Source: Planctomycetota bacterium (lineage in GTDB: Bacteria > Planctomycetota > GCA-002687715 > DRQF01). Taken from it: a stretch of DNA of 38,019 bases. Below, one piece after another: positions 18,125 through 28,025 of this stretch. A program made the translations under genes and the position numbers. The notes under the pieces were generated by a model. That model ran no database searches. It was not told where the DNA came from and saw only the letters and a program-made list of their open reading frames with translations. The stretch spans positions 48,874-86,892 of the forward strand of contig JALTLO010000019.1 in the NCBI GenBank assembly GCA_027001995.1, in the 5' to 3' direction. The number at the start of each line of letters is the position of its first letter. Positions within the stretch are counted from its first letter, which is position 1.

Positions 18125-19795
18125 ATGAAAGCTTTGTTTATGCGGGAGTTCGCCTTTGTCTTTATTTTTGGTCTATGCGCGTGGCAAAATTTGAGCGCGC
18201 AGCCCACCGTTGCGTTTACATTTTCTGGAAACAACGTGCAAGAACACCTAGGAGAGGCAGCCATTGGACTCGGTGACGTCAACAGTGATGGTATTCCAGA
18301 TATTCTCGTGGCCTCTCCAGGGTTTCACTATCAGGCAACTAATCCAACTGCTGGGAGTGTTCGCGTGTACTCAGGTGCAGACGGCTCCTTGATCCATCAG
18401 ATCATCGAACCCATGACAGGCACCTCATTCGGCTTTTCCGTCGGCAACGCCGGCGATGTGAACAATGATGGCTTCCCAGATTTTATTGTTGGCGCTCCTG
18501 GCGACTCGACAATGGGCCTAAAAGCCGGAAGGGCCGACGTCTACTCTGGTTTTGACGGCAGCCTCCTTCATCGAGCCTTCGGTCCAAACGCTGGAGACCA
18601 ATTCGGTTTCTCCGTTTCCGGGGTAGATGACCTAAACGGAGACGGTTCAGCCGACTTCATTGTGGGCGTTCCGAATTCAGATTTCGTTGGCGTGAATGCC
18701 GGGGCGATCCAAGTGTTTTCAGGTGCCAACGGAAGCGTTCTCTATACTATCTTCGGGTCAGCCCCAGGAGACATTTTCGGAGTTTCGGTTTCAGGTTGCG
18801 GTGATGTAAATGGGGACAACACTCCCGACTTCATCGTTGGCGCCGCAGACGCTGGGCTCAGCCTCCAAGGCCAAGCAAAAGTATTCTCAGGTGCCAATGG
18901 TGCCACCCTTCATGTTGTCACTGGTCCATCAGGAACCCGCGTAGGAGTTGCTGTGGGTTCCATTGGCGACATCGACCAGGATGGCTATGACGACTTCATT
19001 GTAAGCGCACCTGGTGTTGGGCTCAGCCTTGCCGGAAAAGGAAAAGTAAGAGCTTATTCTGGCATCAATGGAGCGCCGATCTTCACTGTTTCAGGGCAGC
19101 ACGCGGCAGAGGAATTTGGCAGCCGTTTAGGGCCTGCTGGAGATGTCAACGGAGACGGCTTTAATGACATCATCGTAGGGTCTCCTCTCAGTGATGCAAG
19201 CTTCGTCGATGGAGGCCGTGCGACGATTATTTCGGGAAAGGATGGAGCAATTCTCCACAACCTCCCAGGGTTAGGGTTTCAATCCATTCAAGGAATATCG
19301 GTTGCAATCATTGGCGACATTAACTTGGACGGCTTCTCCGACTTCATCATCGGGGCGTCTGCTGAATCAGACAACGCTCCTCACTCTGGGAATGTGCGCG
19401 TCTATCTTGCTCCAACTTTGCCCATCCTGAAATACGATTCCAAAGTAGGGGATACTCAATTGGATTTGAATTGGATGCCGGACAGCGGAGACATCAACTC
19501 GCTTACTGGAACCTTGTCATGCACTGGTGGAACCCCCGGCGGCTTTGGCATTGTTGGCTTGAGCTTTGCACCAGCAGATCTCATTATCTTTGGCATTCCC
19601 CTCTTGGTCGCATCTGACAGCACGAATCTCATCGAAACTGGCAATTTCGGATTCGACCTCCTCGGCGAACTTCAAGTGCCAAACGTCTCCCGCCAGTCAC
19701 CCTTCATCGCTGGGTCACTCGTCCACATTCAGATGTTCGAAAGTAGCCCTGCCATCAGAAGTTCCAACGGGATTCGGATGCTCATGACACCCTAG
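18125..19795 (+). CDS. Secreted FG-GAP/integrin-alpha beta-propeller protein with a C-terminal beta domain
   Basis: GGAG before ATG 18125; signal peptide; seven G-D-V/I/L-N/D-x-D-G-x-x-D-x-x-V-G/S-A/S-P-type repeats. Confidence 0.9.
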   Translation: MKALFMREFAFVFIFGLCAWQNLSAQPTVAFTFSGNNVQEHLGEAAIGLGDVNSDGIPDILVASPGFHYQATNPTAGSVRVYSGADGSLIHQIIEPMTGTSFGFSVGNAGDVNNDGFPDFIVGAPGDSTMGLKAGRADVYSGFDGSLLHRAFGPNAGDQFGFSVSGVDDLNGDGSADFIVGVPNSDFVGVNAGAIQVFSGANGSVLYTIFGSAPGDIFGVSVSGCGDVNGDNTPDFIVGAADAGLSLQGQAKVFSGANGATLHVVTGPSGTRVGVAVGSIGDIDQDGYDDFIVSAPGVGLSLAGKGKVRAYSGINGAPIFTVSGQHAAEEFGSRLGPAGDVNGDGFNDIIVGSPLSDASFVDGGRATIISGKDGAILHNLPGLGFQSIQGISVAIIGDINLDGFSDFIIGASAESDNAPHSGNVRVYLAPTLPILKYDSKVGDTQLDLNWMPDSGDINSLTGTLSCTGGTPGGFGIVGLSFAPADLIIFGIPLLVASDSTNLIETGNFGFDLLGELQVPNVSRQSPFIAGSLVHIQMFESSPAIRSSNGIRMLMTP

Positions 19796-19877
19796 TTCTA
19801 CTTGGCGACATTCAGTGAGACATGCTTGATTCTATGAACCAAGTCGTGTTCACGGGATCATCCAAAGAGCCAATATC

Positions 19878-19912
19878 GAGGGCGGCCACAAACTGGCTGC
19901 CCTCTTTTCTTT
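19878..19912 (+). terminator. Probable rho-independent terminator
   Basis: gagggcggcca-caaac-tggctgccctc (one G-U pair) followed by ttttcttt. Confidence 0.7.
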
Positions 19913-20280
19913 GAACTATGGAGAATCTTCATTTGACCGAAGTTCAAAGACATAGATCGAATAGAGAAGTCTGTTCAGATCAAGCAGAAGTCATTCGAGG
20001 CAGAATTGGCCAAGCAAAATGTTCGTTGCTGGCACGCTCCGAAAGCACCGCGTGCACGCCCATGTGCCCCAGAAAATGACGGGTCATGAACAAGTCGTGA
20101 CAGTTGAGCGAATGCTAAACAAACCCTGAATCGACGTGTGCCCAAGCCAAACTGCCCGTTGCCATAAACAACGGACAGGATTAGAATTCCCACCGGAAGT
20201 GGTGCCATACAAATCATCGCTCTCCGCCCGCAGTTCTGCTCGCCACCATAGCCCAATGAACAACGGAGAAATCACTCCTC

Positions 20281-23200
20281 ATGACCACTTCTTCCACCTT
20301 GGCACCATGGTGTTCTCCCAACCTAATTCGAGTTTTCTTGACGATGGCCATGATGGTTCTCCTTGCTCCCTCAGATTCTCATGCGCAAACCGGCGGACGG
20401 GTGCCGAAAGCTGAGGACATCAAGAACGGCAAAACCCACAAGCCAGCGCCGCGAGGGGCTGTGGTTAAGCGCATTGATCTGCGGCGGCACTTTCCACCAG
20501 TAGGCGAGCAATCAATGAACGATTGCTCTGCCTGGACAGCCGCAGCCATCAAGAGCTTCTTGGAGACAATTGACCAAGATTGGAAGGCTGATCAACCTCA
20601 AACTATTTTCTCGCCTAGCTTTCTCTACTCGCAAACGAACTCGGGAAAAGACAAAGGATCCAATCTCATCGCCCTTGGTCGCCTTATGGAGAAGTCCGGA
20701 GCGGCGACTCTGAAAACCAATCCTTACATCGCAAAGGACTTCAAGACTCAACCTTCCCCTTCCGCATTCAAGGAGGCAGCCCACTTCAAGAACCGAGCCA
20801 CCTACTTGCTCAAGAACAAGGAGCAAATCAAGATGGTCTTGCAGCAGAATATGCCTGTCGCACTGGGAGTACGATTGACCCCCGGATTCTTCTCAGGCCG
20901 ATTCCAGGTCTACACTCAAGAAATGCACGCCTGGGGCATGAAGCGCCGCAAGCCCAATCAACGCCACGCTCTCCATGCTATGGCGATCGTTGGCTTCGAC
21001 GATGACATCGGTGGCTTCCTCCTGAGAAACTCCTGGGGCAGTCGTTGGGGTAAAGGTGGCTATTGCTGGGTTGGCTATGACGCATTCGAAAAATTCGAGC
21101 CACAAAAGAACAGCGAAGCTTTTGTCATGTTAGCCGTTGCATTTGAAGACGAAAGGAACAAGCGGACTTTGGGCACCCAGACTGACCAAGCACCAAAGCA
21201 GCTCAAGATTCGGGTTCGAAGCGAAGCCAACGGTTATCACTTAGAGGAAAAGAAAACGCTGTATCGCTACTACGCCGAATTAGAAGGCTCCAAAGCAGCA
21301 ATACAAAGCGTAAGAGACGTCGTATGGCATGCCCCAAGCTTGGGCAACAAACTGCCGAGCAAATTGCGAACGGATGATTCGTCGAGACATTTTCAAATAT
21401 GGTCAGCCGTTCTTGGTGGGCAGCACCAGCTTGTTGCCGACCTCGTATTTCAAGACGGAAGCAAACGCACCCTCAGGCAGCCCGTGTCGTTTCACCCGCC
21501 CATAGGTCAACAAAGAAGTGTGTCCATCTCTGTGGAAGACCGCTACTGGGGTCTCATGGATACAAGCCAAGGGAACAGCAAACGCCCCCATTGGATTCGT
21601 ATCATTCACTTTCATGGATCGGTTGCGGATATCCGAAGCGTCGACCGCATCATCATCGACATCGGTGACGAGCATCAAGAAATCAATCCCATGGGGCAGA
21701 AATCGAAGCTCGCAAGGCGCGAGTTCACTGTTGAATCTCCCGAACCCATCTCCGTACGTTTCATCTTCTTCGATGGCTCAGAGACCCTCAGAAGATACGA
21801 TTCAGAGACATTCTCAGACCCGGCGAACGATCTTGTCATTCTCAAGTCAAAACTCCACAAATTTGGCGATGGAAGCCGATCGGCGTACAGACTTCACCTT
21901 CGAATCCCTGTGGGTTTGGCCAATTTCGAAGTCGACCGGGTCGTATGGCAGCTTGACGGAAGCCAAGGCCATCGCCAATTCATTGTGCGCAGCGGCCAAA
22001 ACTACCTCAACGGTTTTCAAATGACTGGTGTCGCCTCCAAGGATTTTCGGGCTCGGGCAACCATTCATTGGAAACGCAACATGCGTGAAACCATGGTGCT
22101 TGAGAAGTGGGTGGAGCTTCCTGACAAGAAGACGGCCTACGACGGTCCCCACAGAGTGGAACTCTACGGAACATCCGCCTATGCCGGTCGGAGCAAGAAC
22201 AAAGTCCCAACCTGGAATCATCAGGTCCGACTCAGTGGCGACTGGCTCACAACAAATAAGATCGAAAAGGTGACTTTCCATTGCAAGGACGAGAAGGGCA
22301 GAAAACACCTCATCGAGGGCAAGAAAGACAAACACGGTGACTTTGCCGTCGAATTCAAGGGCCTAAGTCAAACGATCACCGTGTCTGCCAAGGCAAAACT
22401 GAAGACCGTCTCTTTCGAGAAGAAAGCAACTTTCACATCACCACGGCCAGCAGTCGATGTGGCCTTTCTTGATAAGCGTCTTGCGTCAGTCACGAAATAC
22501 GTCGATGGTCATAAGGACATCACTTGGTGGACCAAGATCGGTGGTCCCATTTGGTGGGGATCGGCGCATACTGTCCAATATGTCTACCAAGCCCCATCGC
22601 TGATTCTTCCCCGAAAAAATCCCGGGGACCCAAGAGTCTACATCCCTTTCCCCCATCAATGGCAAACGACCTTGAGTTTGAAGGACGGAACGAATTCACC
22701 TCGATGGCGCTTTCAAGGGGTCGCCAAAGAACCTGGCCCGATTCAAGCACGGCTGCACTACGTGGATGGTGGTTGCCAAACGCTAATCACGAGGGTGCCA
22801 CAATCTTCGACCTCTTGGAATAACAGCCCACAGTCGGTGATAAACATTCGGGCCATTGAACGATTCACTGGAGAGTGGGGTGGCAATGCCCTATTTCGGC
22901 TAAGACTTCAAGTCGAAGGCCCCGATTCCGAAATGGCAAAATTAAGTCATGCCTTGATTCGAATTAGCGCCACCCCAACGAAATCTGACGTTCGATTCAA
23001 CAAGGATTTTCGCGCCTCTGCCACCTATGCCAGCCCTCAAGCCTTCACCGTCACCCTGGTCTTCAAAGACGGCAGTTTTGAAACAAGAACTGTCCTTGGA
23101 TCATGCCAAGCCAAACGCTTTCATGGTTTAGGAATCCAAAGGCAAAGAAATGTCATAGGAATCACCGGGCCGACGAAACTTATTAGCTCCATCAAATCTG

Positions 23201-23982
23201 TCCGCTTCGAGATCGCCTCGAAGAAGGAAAAGCCCATCATCATGAAGGGGCATGGCTATCTCTTCGGTGGATTCAAATGGGGCTGCTCCGTGAAAGACCA
23301 AGGCCCTGTCCAGGTCAAAGCCACCATCCAATTCACAAGGGGAAAAGAAAAAACCATCATTGCATTCCTCCCATCTCTTAGCAGCCATTCCTTGCAGCTC
23401 CACGGGCGGGACCGCTTCTGGGGGCACTTCAGAAATCAGCCCCTTTGGTTGGCTAGCTACTCCATCTCAGGGGCAGCTCATCAAGGGCAAACCCCAACCT
23501 CTCTTCATTTCGGTAGTTTCGGTATTTCGAGCGACGGATTCCCGAACTTCGAAAAAACCGAACTCCGTAGCACGCCGAGAGCAGTCAAAGGAAGTCTCGA
23601 ATACGCCGACAAAAGTACTTCCAGCCTCCCCCCTCAAGTATTCAAGTTCAAATCCAAAGAGATGAAGAAAACGAGGCTCACCGTTGAACAACTTTGGAGC
23701 AACAAGCAACGGGGGAATCGCGCCATCAGCGAATGGATCATTCGCCTCCAAGGCCCTATCAGTCATCTCGATCAGTTTGCCTTCGTTGAGTACAAGATTA
23801 AATATCTCAAAAATGGCAAAACCCGCATGGCAAACTGGAAGGAAACTGAACGTTTCTCCCTCGATGGCGATGGTTTCCGTGCACTTCTCTACGGCACCCA
23901 AGTCAAATCCATCACCGCAACCGTGTTTGGCCACAACCAAAAAGCAATCCGGATTCTTAACTGGACAACGTCACCGAAGTAG
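20281..23982 (+). CDS. Secreted papain-like (C1) cysteine peptidase with a long C-terminal array of beta-sandwich (pYEATS-like) repeats
   Basis: Signal peptide ending SHA; GEQSMNDCSAW (oxyanion Gln, catalytic Cys), HAMAIVGFDD (His), RNSWGSRWGKGGY (Asn); about 930 aa of ~100 aa repeats follow. Confidence 0.88.
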   Translation: MTTSSTLAPWCSPNLIRVFLTMAMMVLLAPSDSHAQTGGRVPKAEDIKNGKTHKPAPRGAVVKRIDLRRHFPPVGEQSMNDCSAWTAAAIKSFLETIDQDWKADQPQTIFSPSFLYSQTNSGKDKGSNLIALGRLMEKSGAATLKTNPYIAKDFKTQPSPSAFKEAAHFKNRATYLLKNKEQIKMVLQQNMPVALGVRLTPGFFSGRFQVYTQEMHAWGMKRRKPNQRHALHAMAIVGFDDDIGGFLLRNSWGSRWGKGGYCWVGYDAFEKFEPQKNSEAFVMLAVAFEDERNKRTLGTQTDQAPKQLKIRVRSEANGYHLEEKKTLYRYYAELEGSKAAIQSVRDVVWHAPSLGNKLPSKLRTDDSSRHFQIWSAVLGGQHQLVADLVFQDGSKRTLRQPVSFHPPIGQQRSVSISVEDRYWGLMDTSQGNSKRPHWIRIIHFHGSVADIRSVDRIIIDIGDEHQEINPMGQKSKLARREFTVESPEPISVRFIFFDGSETLRRYDSETFSDPANDLVILKSKLHKFGDGSRSAYRLHLRIPVGLANFEVDRVVWQLDGSQGHRQFIVRSGQNYLNGFQMTGVASKDFRARATIHWKRNMRETMVLEKWVELPDKKTAYDGPHRVELYGTSAYAGRSKNKVPTWNHQVRLSGDWLTTNKIEKVTFHCKDEKGRKHLIEGKKDKHGDFAVEFKGLSQTITVSAKAKLKTVSFEKKATFTSPRPAVDVAFLDKRLASVTKYVDGHKDITWWTKIGGPIWWGSAHTVQYVYQAPSLILPRKNPGDPRVYIPFPHQWQTTLSLKDGTNSPRWRFQGVAKEPGPIQARLHYVDGGCQTLITRVPQSSTSWNNSPQSVINIRAIERFTGEWGGNALFRLRLQVEGPDSEMAKLSHALIRISATPTKSDVRFNKDFRASATYASPQAFTVTLVFKDGSFETRTVLGSCQAKRFHGLGIQRQRNVIGITGPTKLISSIKSVRFEIASKKEKPIIMKGHGYLFGGFKWGCSVKDQGPVQVKATIQFTRGKEKTIIAFLPSLSSHSLQLHGRDRFWGHFRNQPLWLASYSISGAAHQGQTPTSLHFGSFGISSDGFPNFEKTELRSTPRAVKGSLEYADKSTSSLPPQVFKFKSKEMKKTRLTVEQLWSNKQRGNRAISEWIIRLQGPISHLDQFAFVEYKIKYLKNGKTRMANWKETERFSLDGDGFRALLYGTQVKSITATVFGHNQKAIRILNWTTSPK

Positions 23983-24149
23983 ATTTGATCTCGAAGAGAC
24001 TAAGCCATAACCTGATCGACACAGAATTCTTGGTCCCAGAAAAATAAACCAAAATAGATGTGGCACATCCTCGAAGACTCGCGTCTATCCCTGTGAAGGC
24101 CAAGGATGATTCAGCTTTCTTAGGAAGAAGCGGAAGGCGAGGGGTGCAC

Positions 24150-25466
24150 ATGCGTAATCTTATCTTGAGTTGTGTTGCGAGTTTCTGCCTGTTCTCCATG
24201 GCCCAAGCACAAGCTGGGGCGGAAGATTCCTATAAGGGCATTGACTGGCAACCTCATTTCGAAAAAGCCCTCAAGCAAGCCAAGAAGGAAAACCGCCCCA
24301 TCATGGTCGCCTTCATCCTGCGAGGTGAATCAGCCAACGAATCCATCTGCGGCGATCATTTCTTGGACAAGGATCTCATCGCTTTGAGCCGCAACTTCGT
24401 CTGCCTCTTGGCCTACGCGGAATACGTTTCTGGTGACAACAAAGGCGACACAAAAACCAGTGAGGCCTATGTTCAATCCATCTCCCATCGTTTGAGCCGC
24501 AAGCAACTCAAGACTCTCGAATACGCAGCCCGATGCGAATACATGGAATCGGGGCAGGTATCAGCTCCTCAATTCCTTTTCGTTCACCCCAATGGCGAAA
24601 CGATTCTACTGCGCCACATCTGGCTCTTGTCTGCAAACGAATTGAAGAAAAAGATGCACAAGGCCCTTCACTATTTCGACAAGTCCCATGCCCTCCCGAA
24701 AGAACTAGCCACAGAATCACGATCGGAGCTCGAAGAAATCCGAGCGTTACTCGCGGACGCCGATAGCAACAACATGATGAAACGTCGGGCATCTTTGTCA
24801 AAAGTCGCAGTGAAGGAACACCCCGCTGTCATAGACTTCTTAATCAAACAGACAGGCAAGGATGTCGACCAATCGAAACGGTTAGAAGCCATCCGAGCCA
24901 TGGGCCAAGAAGGTCAAGTGAAGTACTTGCCCCAACTGCATCGGCTTCTTCGCAAAGAAAGAGGATTTCAGATTCGCACCAACTTGGCCCAAGCCATTCG
25001 CGACATCGGTTTGGTGGAAAGCGTAAGCCCTATTCTTCAGGTGCTCAAGAAAGAGAAGAAGAAACAACTTCGATCTATCCTCATACAAACAGTCATGACC
25101 TGCGGAAGTGGAAATACGGAAGTCTCAAAGGCCCTATCAAAAGTGCTCCGAAGTGGAGGCGACCTTGACAAGATCAGCATTCTATATCGCATTGCGGACG
25201 GCACTTGGGATGACACCTACAGCAAAGCATTGCTCAAGTGTTTGAAATCAACAAACGCGCAAGTGAGAGCTGCGGCTTATTTCGCCATAGGGAGCCACAC
25301 CCGATCGAATCTAGTGAAGCGTGTGAGAAGTCGATTGTCATCGGAAAAGAACATGGCTCGAAACGCTTGCGCCTGGTCGTTGAAGCAAATGGGCGAAGAC
25401 ATCAAGTTCAAGACCAAAAACCCAAACAACGATATCAACATGCTCTTGCCCTCGGCCAGCTACTGA
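24150..25466 (+). CDS. Secreted thioredoxin-like (no CxxC) plus HEAT-repeat protein
   Basis: Start MRNLIL after GAGGGG; signal peptide; IDWQPHFEKALKQAKKENRPIMV...SAPQFLF thioredoxin-like pattern; C-terminal HEAT-like repeats (RLEAIRAMG, VRAAAYFAIG). Confidence 0.75.
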   Translation: MRNLILSCVASFCLFSMAQAQAGAEDSYKGIDWQPHFEKALKQAKKENRPIMVAFILRGESANESICGDHFLDKDLIALSRNFVCLLAYAEYVSGDNKGDTKTSEAYVQSISHRLSRKQLKTLEYAARCEYMESGQVSAPQFLFVHPNGETILLRHIWLLSANELKKKMHKALHYFDKSHALPKELATESRSELEEIRALLADADSNNMMKRRASLSKVAVKEHPAVIDFLIKQTGKDVDQSKRLEAIRAMGQEGQVKYLPQLHRLLRKERGFQIRTNLAQAIRDIGLVESVSPILQVLKKEKKKQLRSILIQTVMTCGSGNTEVSKALSKVLRSGGDLDKISILYRIADGTWDDTYSKALLKCLKSTNAQVRAAAYFAIGSHTRSNLVKRVRSRLSSEKNMARNACAWSLKQMGEDIKFKTKNPNNDINMLLPSASY

Positions 25467-25698
25467 CCGCTCACTGTGTTCTCTTCTCATCTAAACTGAT
25501 GGCCGTGAAGACAAAGAGCAGACAATCGCAGCTCCCTGTCGTGGCATATTTCCCTTTCCGAATCAGGAACAATCTCCTCGTTGCAATCGGGAAATTATGT
25601 TGGTTGTGGTAAGGCCAAGGCGGTGTCATCGTTTGCCGAACGATGTAGGAATGACTGAATTCCAACCAAACATTTGAAGATAAAATGGAAAGAGAAAC

Positions 25699-26181
25699 AT
25701 GAACGGTTCAGATATCGCCAAGATCTTCACTTTGAATTCCTTTGCCTTAGCCAAGAACGTTGAAGGCATCAGCGAAGAAGCAAGCCTAAAAGACACCGGG
25801 GCCGGAAGCACAATCAATTGGGTCTTGGGCCACATTCTCAGCACACGACGCGCAGTTTCCAAAGTCGCCGGACTTGAGCTACCTTGGACAGAAGAGGGAG
25901 CCGATGCCTACGGCCGGGGCAGCAGTCCCGCAGCCAATACGAATCCAACAGCCATGGAAGATATACACGCACTTCTTCACGCGCACACCGAAACTCTTGT
26001 GGCGTGGCTGGAAGAACAAACGGATACGGACCTCAAGAAAGCGAATCCCGATGGCCCTCACGAGATTTTCGGCGCCACAATCGGGGGGATCCTCCTGGGA
26101 TTGGCTTGGCACGAAGGTTATCACGTAGGCCAAGTGGGAACTCTCAGGCGATTGATCGGGCTCGACGGTGCGATCGCTTAA
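25699..26181 (+). CDS. DinB/YfiT family protein
   Basis: TINWVLGHI and WHEGYHVGQV histidine motifs. Confidence 0.85.
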   Translation: MNGSDIAKIFTLNSFALAKNVEGISEEASLKDTGAGSTINWVLGHILSTRRAVSKVAGLELPWTEEGADAYGRGSSPAANTNPTAMEDIHALLHAHTETLVAWLEEQTDTDLKKANPDGPHEIFGATIGGILLGLAWHEGYHVGQVGTLRRLIGLDGAIA

Positions 26182-26319
26182 GTAAGAGAAAGAGCCAGGG
26201 CCGCAGGATTTCTCCTATGGATGAGGCTGCATGATTACCCTTTACTTTCACTTTCTTGGGGTGAGTGGGTATCAGGTCGATAAGAACATGAGACACTTCT
26301 TTTCGACTCGAGGAATCCT

Positions 26320-27147
26320 GTGGTTCTTGGCATCAATACGAACTTGTTTTCAATCAACGCCCAGCGCAATCTGGCGAAAGCGCAGTTTCGATTGGGCAAG
26401 AGCCTCCGGCGACTTTCCTCTGGTCAAAAGCTCAGGAGCGACGATGCCGCTGGGTTTGCCATAGCCGATCGCTTGAGAGCGCAAGTCAGGAGCTTAGCCC
26501 AGGCTTCCCGTAACATTCAAGACGGCATCAGCGCCACCCAAATTGCCGAAGGTTCTTTGGACGAAAGCTCAAGTATTCTCATTCGTCTCCGGGAGTTGGC
26601 TATTCAAGCATCCAACGGCACCTTGTCCTCAAGTGATCAAGCCTCTCTACAAAGCGAATTCTCATCGCTGCGCAGCGGCCTCGATCAGATTGCCAGCACC
26701 ACGTCCTTCAACGGACTCAACTTGCTGGACGGATCTCTTTCTTCCATCGACTTGCAAATAGGTTCCGGAACGAGCCTGAGTGATGTTTTTTCGATCGGAC
26801 TCTCAAATACCAATGCTTCCACCCTTGGCCTCTCAAGTTTGAGTATCTCGGCTGACCCAGCCAGTGCCATCGATGCCATCGACCTTGCCATCAATTCGGT
26901 GGCATCCATTCGTGGCACTTTTGGTGCAGCCCAAAGTAGCCTTGAATCACGCCTTAATTTTGTTGGGATTCAAGCGGAGAATCTGGAAGCAGCTCGATCA
27001 AGAATCACCGACTTGGATTACGCCAAAGAAAGCGCAAAGTTCACCAGAAACCAAATCATGCTCCAAGCATCCTTGTCGATTCTGGCCCAGGCAAACCTGC
27101 AACCACAGGCACTCTTGGGCCTCATCGAAGGCGCAAGGATCCCTTAG
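26320..27147 (+). CDS. fliC: Flagellin (minimal, D0/D1 only)
   Basis: INTN..SINAQRNL...RLSSG...DDAAGFAIA at the N-terminus; NLEAARSRITDLDYAKE...QAN.QPQ at the C-terminus; GTG start after GAGG. Confidence 0.93.
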   Translation: MVLGINTNLFSINAQRNLAKAQFRLGKSLRRLSSGQKLRSDDAAGFAIADRLRAQVRSLAQASRNIQDGISATQIAEGSLDESSSILIRLRELAIQASNGTLSSSDQASLQSEFSSLRSGLDQIASTTSFNGLNLLDGSLSSIDLQIGSGTSLSDVFSIGLSNTNASTLGLSSLSISADPASAIDAIDLAINSVASIRGTFGAAQSSLESRLNFVGIQAENLEAARSRITDLDYAKESAKFTRNQIMLQASLSILAQANLQPQALLGLIEGARIP

Positions 27148-27233
27148 GCACGATTCAAAGCCTGAAACAGAATGGTTTGGGCAATCATGAGATCGCTGGG
27201 GCATGGCCCCGGCGACCTCATGAATTGCAAAAC

Positions 27234-27965
27234 TCAACGCGTGGCGTCAATAACTCTCACCTGGACATGACATGTACGGCACTTACTCTCCAGAGCAATA
27301 GCCGGAATTCTCTTGTGGACAATTGCTGGAGCCCCACTGATGCCATTGTCATGACACATACGACAATCATCCTTCAGCCAAGCCTTCCTGTGGGACTGGG
27401 AAGCCGGTATTGACGGAGGAAATGCAAAGCTCGCGAAGCCTCGATCTTCTGCGATCTTACTCTTCGCTTTTTCCTTGGCACCCCAATGAGGCAACTCGTT
27501 GGGGATCTCAACATGGCACGTGCGGCATTTCGCCGTCTTCAAGATTGGTGACATGCCCCGATGAACAATCTCCGGTGCTTTGCCAACGCCCGTTTCGTGG
27601 CAACGCAGACAATCGTCTTGTTGCCATGCGGACGCGTGCCAAGCGCTATCCGAGATGGTCGGCGGAAAGGCGTCGTCCTCAAATGGCGTTTCTGATTGCC
27701 TAACAGCAACAACTTTAGCCGGTGCTTCCACGGGCTTGGGCTTCATCGGGACCTTTGCCTTGACTTCCTCTTGGGATGCTGGCAAGGACTCGGCCAATTC
27801 AGTTTCTCCTTTCGTCGTTTCCTCAGGCGGGTGTGAGGCCAAAACAACTGGTGTGGCTTCTTCTCCTATGGCCTGGGGCTCGTCGCCGTTCTCATGACTT
27901 GTACAACTCAGTACAACGAGGAGCAGCGCCGAACACAACAGGCTCGAACAAATCCATCTATACAT
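27234..27965 (-). CDS. Lipoprotein tetraheme cytochrome c with two NapB-like diheme units
   Basis: Lipobox-like VLSC; four CxxCH motifs (CLRCH, CRTCH, CRMCH, CRTCH) in two repeats of FPP-x-I...H...CxxCH...AP-x-I-V-H...CRTCHV; directly downstream of napA. Confidence 0.8.
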   Translation of the reverse strand: MYRWICSSLLCSALLLVVLSCTSHENGDEPQAIGEEATPVVLASHPPEETTKGETELAESLPASQEEVKAKVPMKPKPVEAPAKVVAVRQSETPFEDDAFPPTISDSAWHASAWQQDDCLRCHETGVGKAPEIVHRGMSPILKTAKCRTCHVEIPNELPHWGAKEKAKSKIAEDRGFASFAFPPSIPASQSHRKAWLKDDCRMCHDNGISGAPAIVHKRIPAIALESKCRTCHVQVRVIDATR

Positions 27966-28025
27966 GATGTTTCTCCTTCGGATCCAGTTTGCGGGTGTTG
28001 GTCGAATTTAGCTGAACAACACGGG

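Noticed and set aside
26255..26283. Sigma28 promoter for the flagellin
   Set aside because: Only a -10-like GTCGATAA is present, with no TAAA-like -35 at the right spacing, so it is not listed as a feature.
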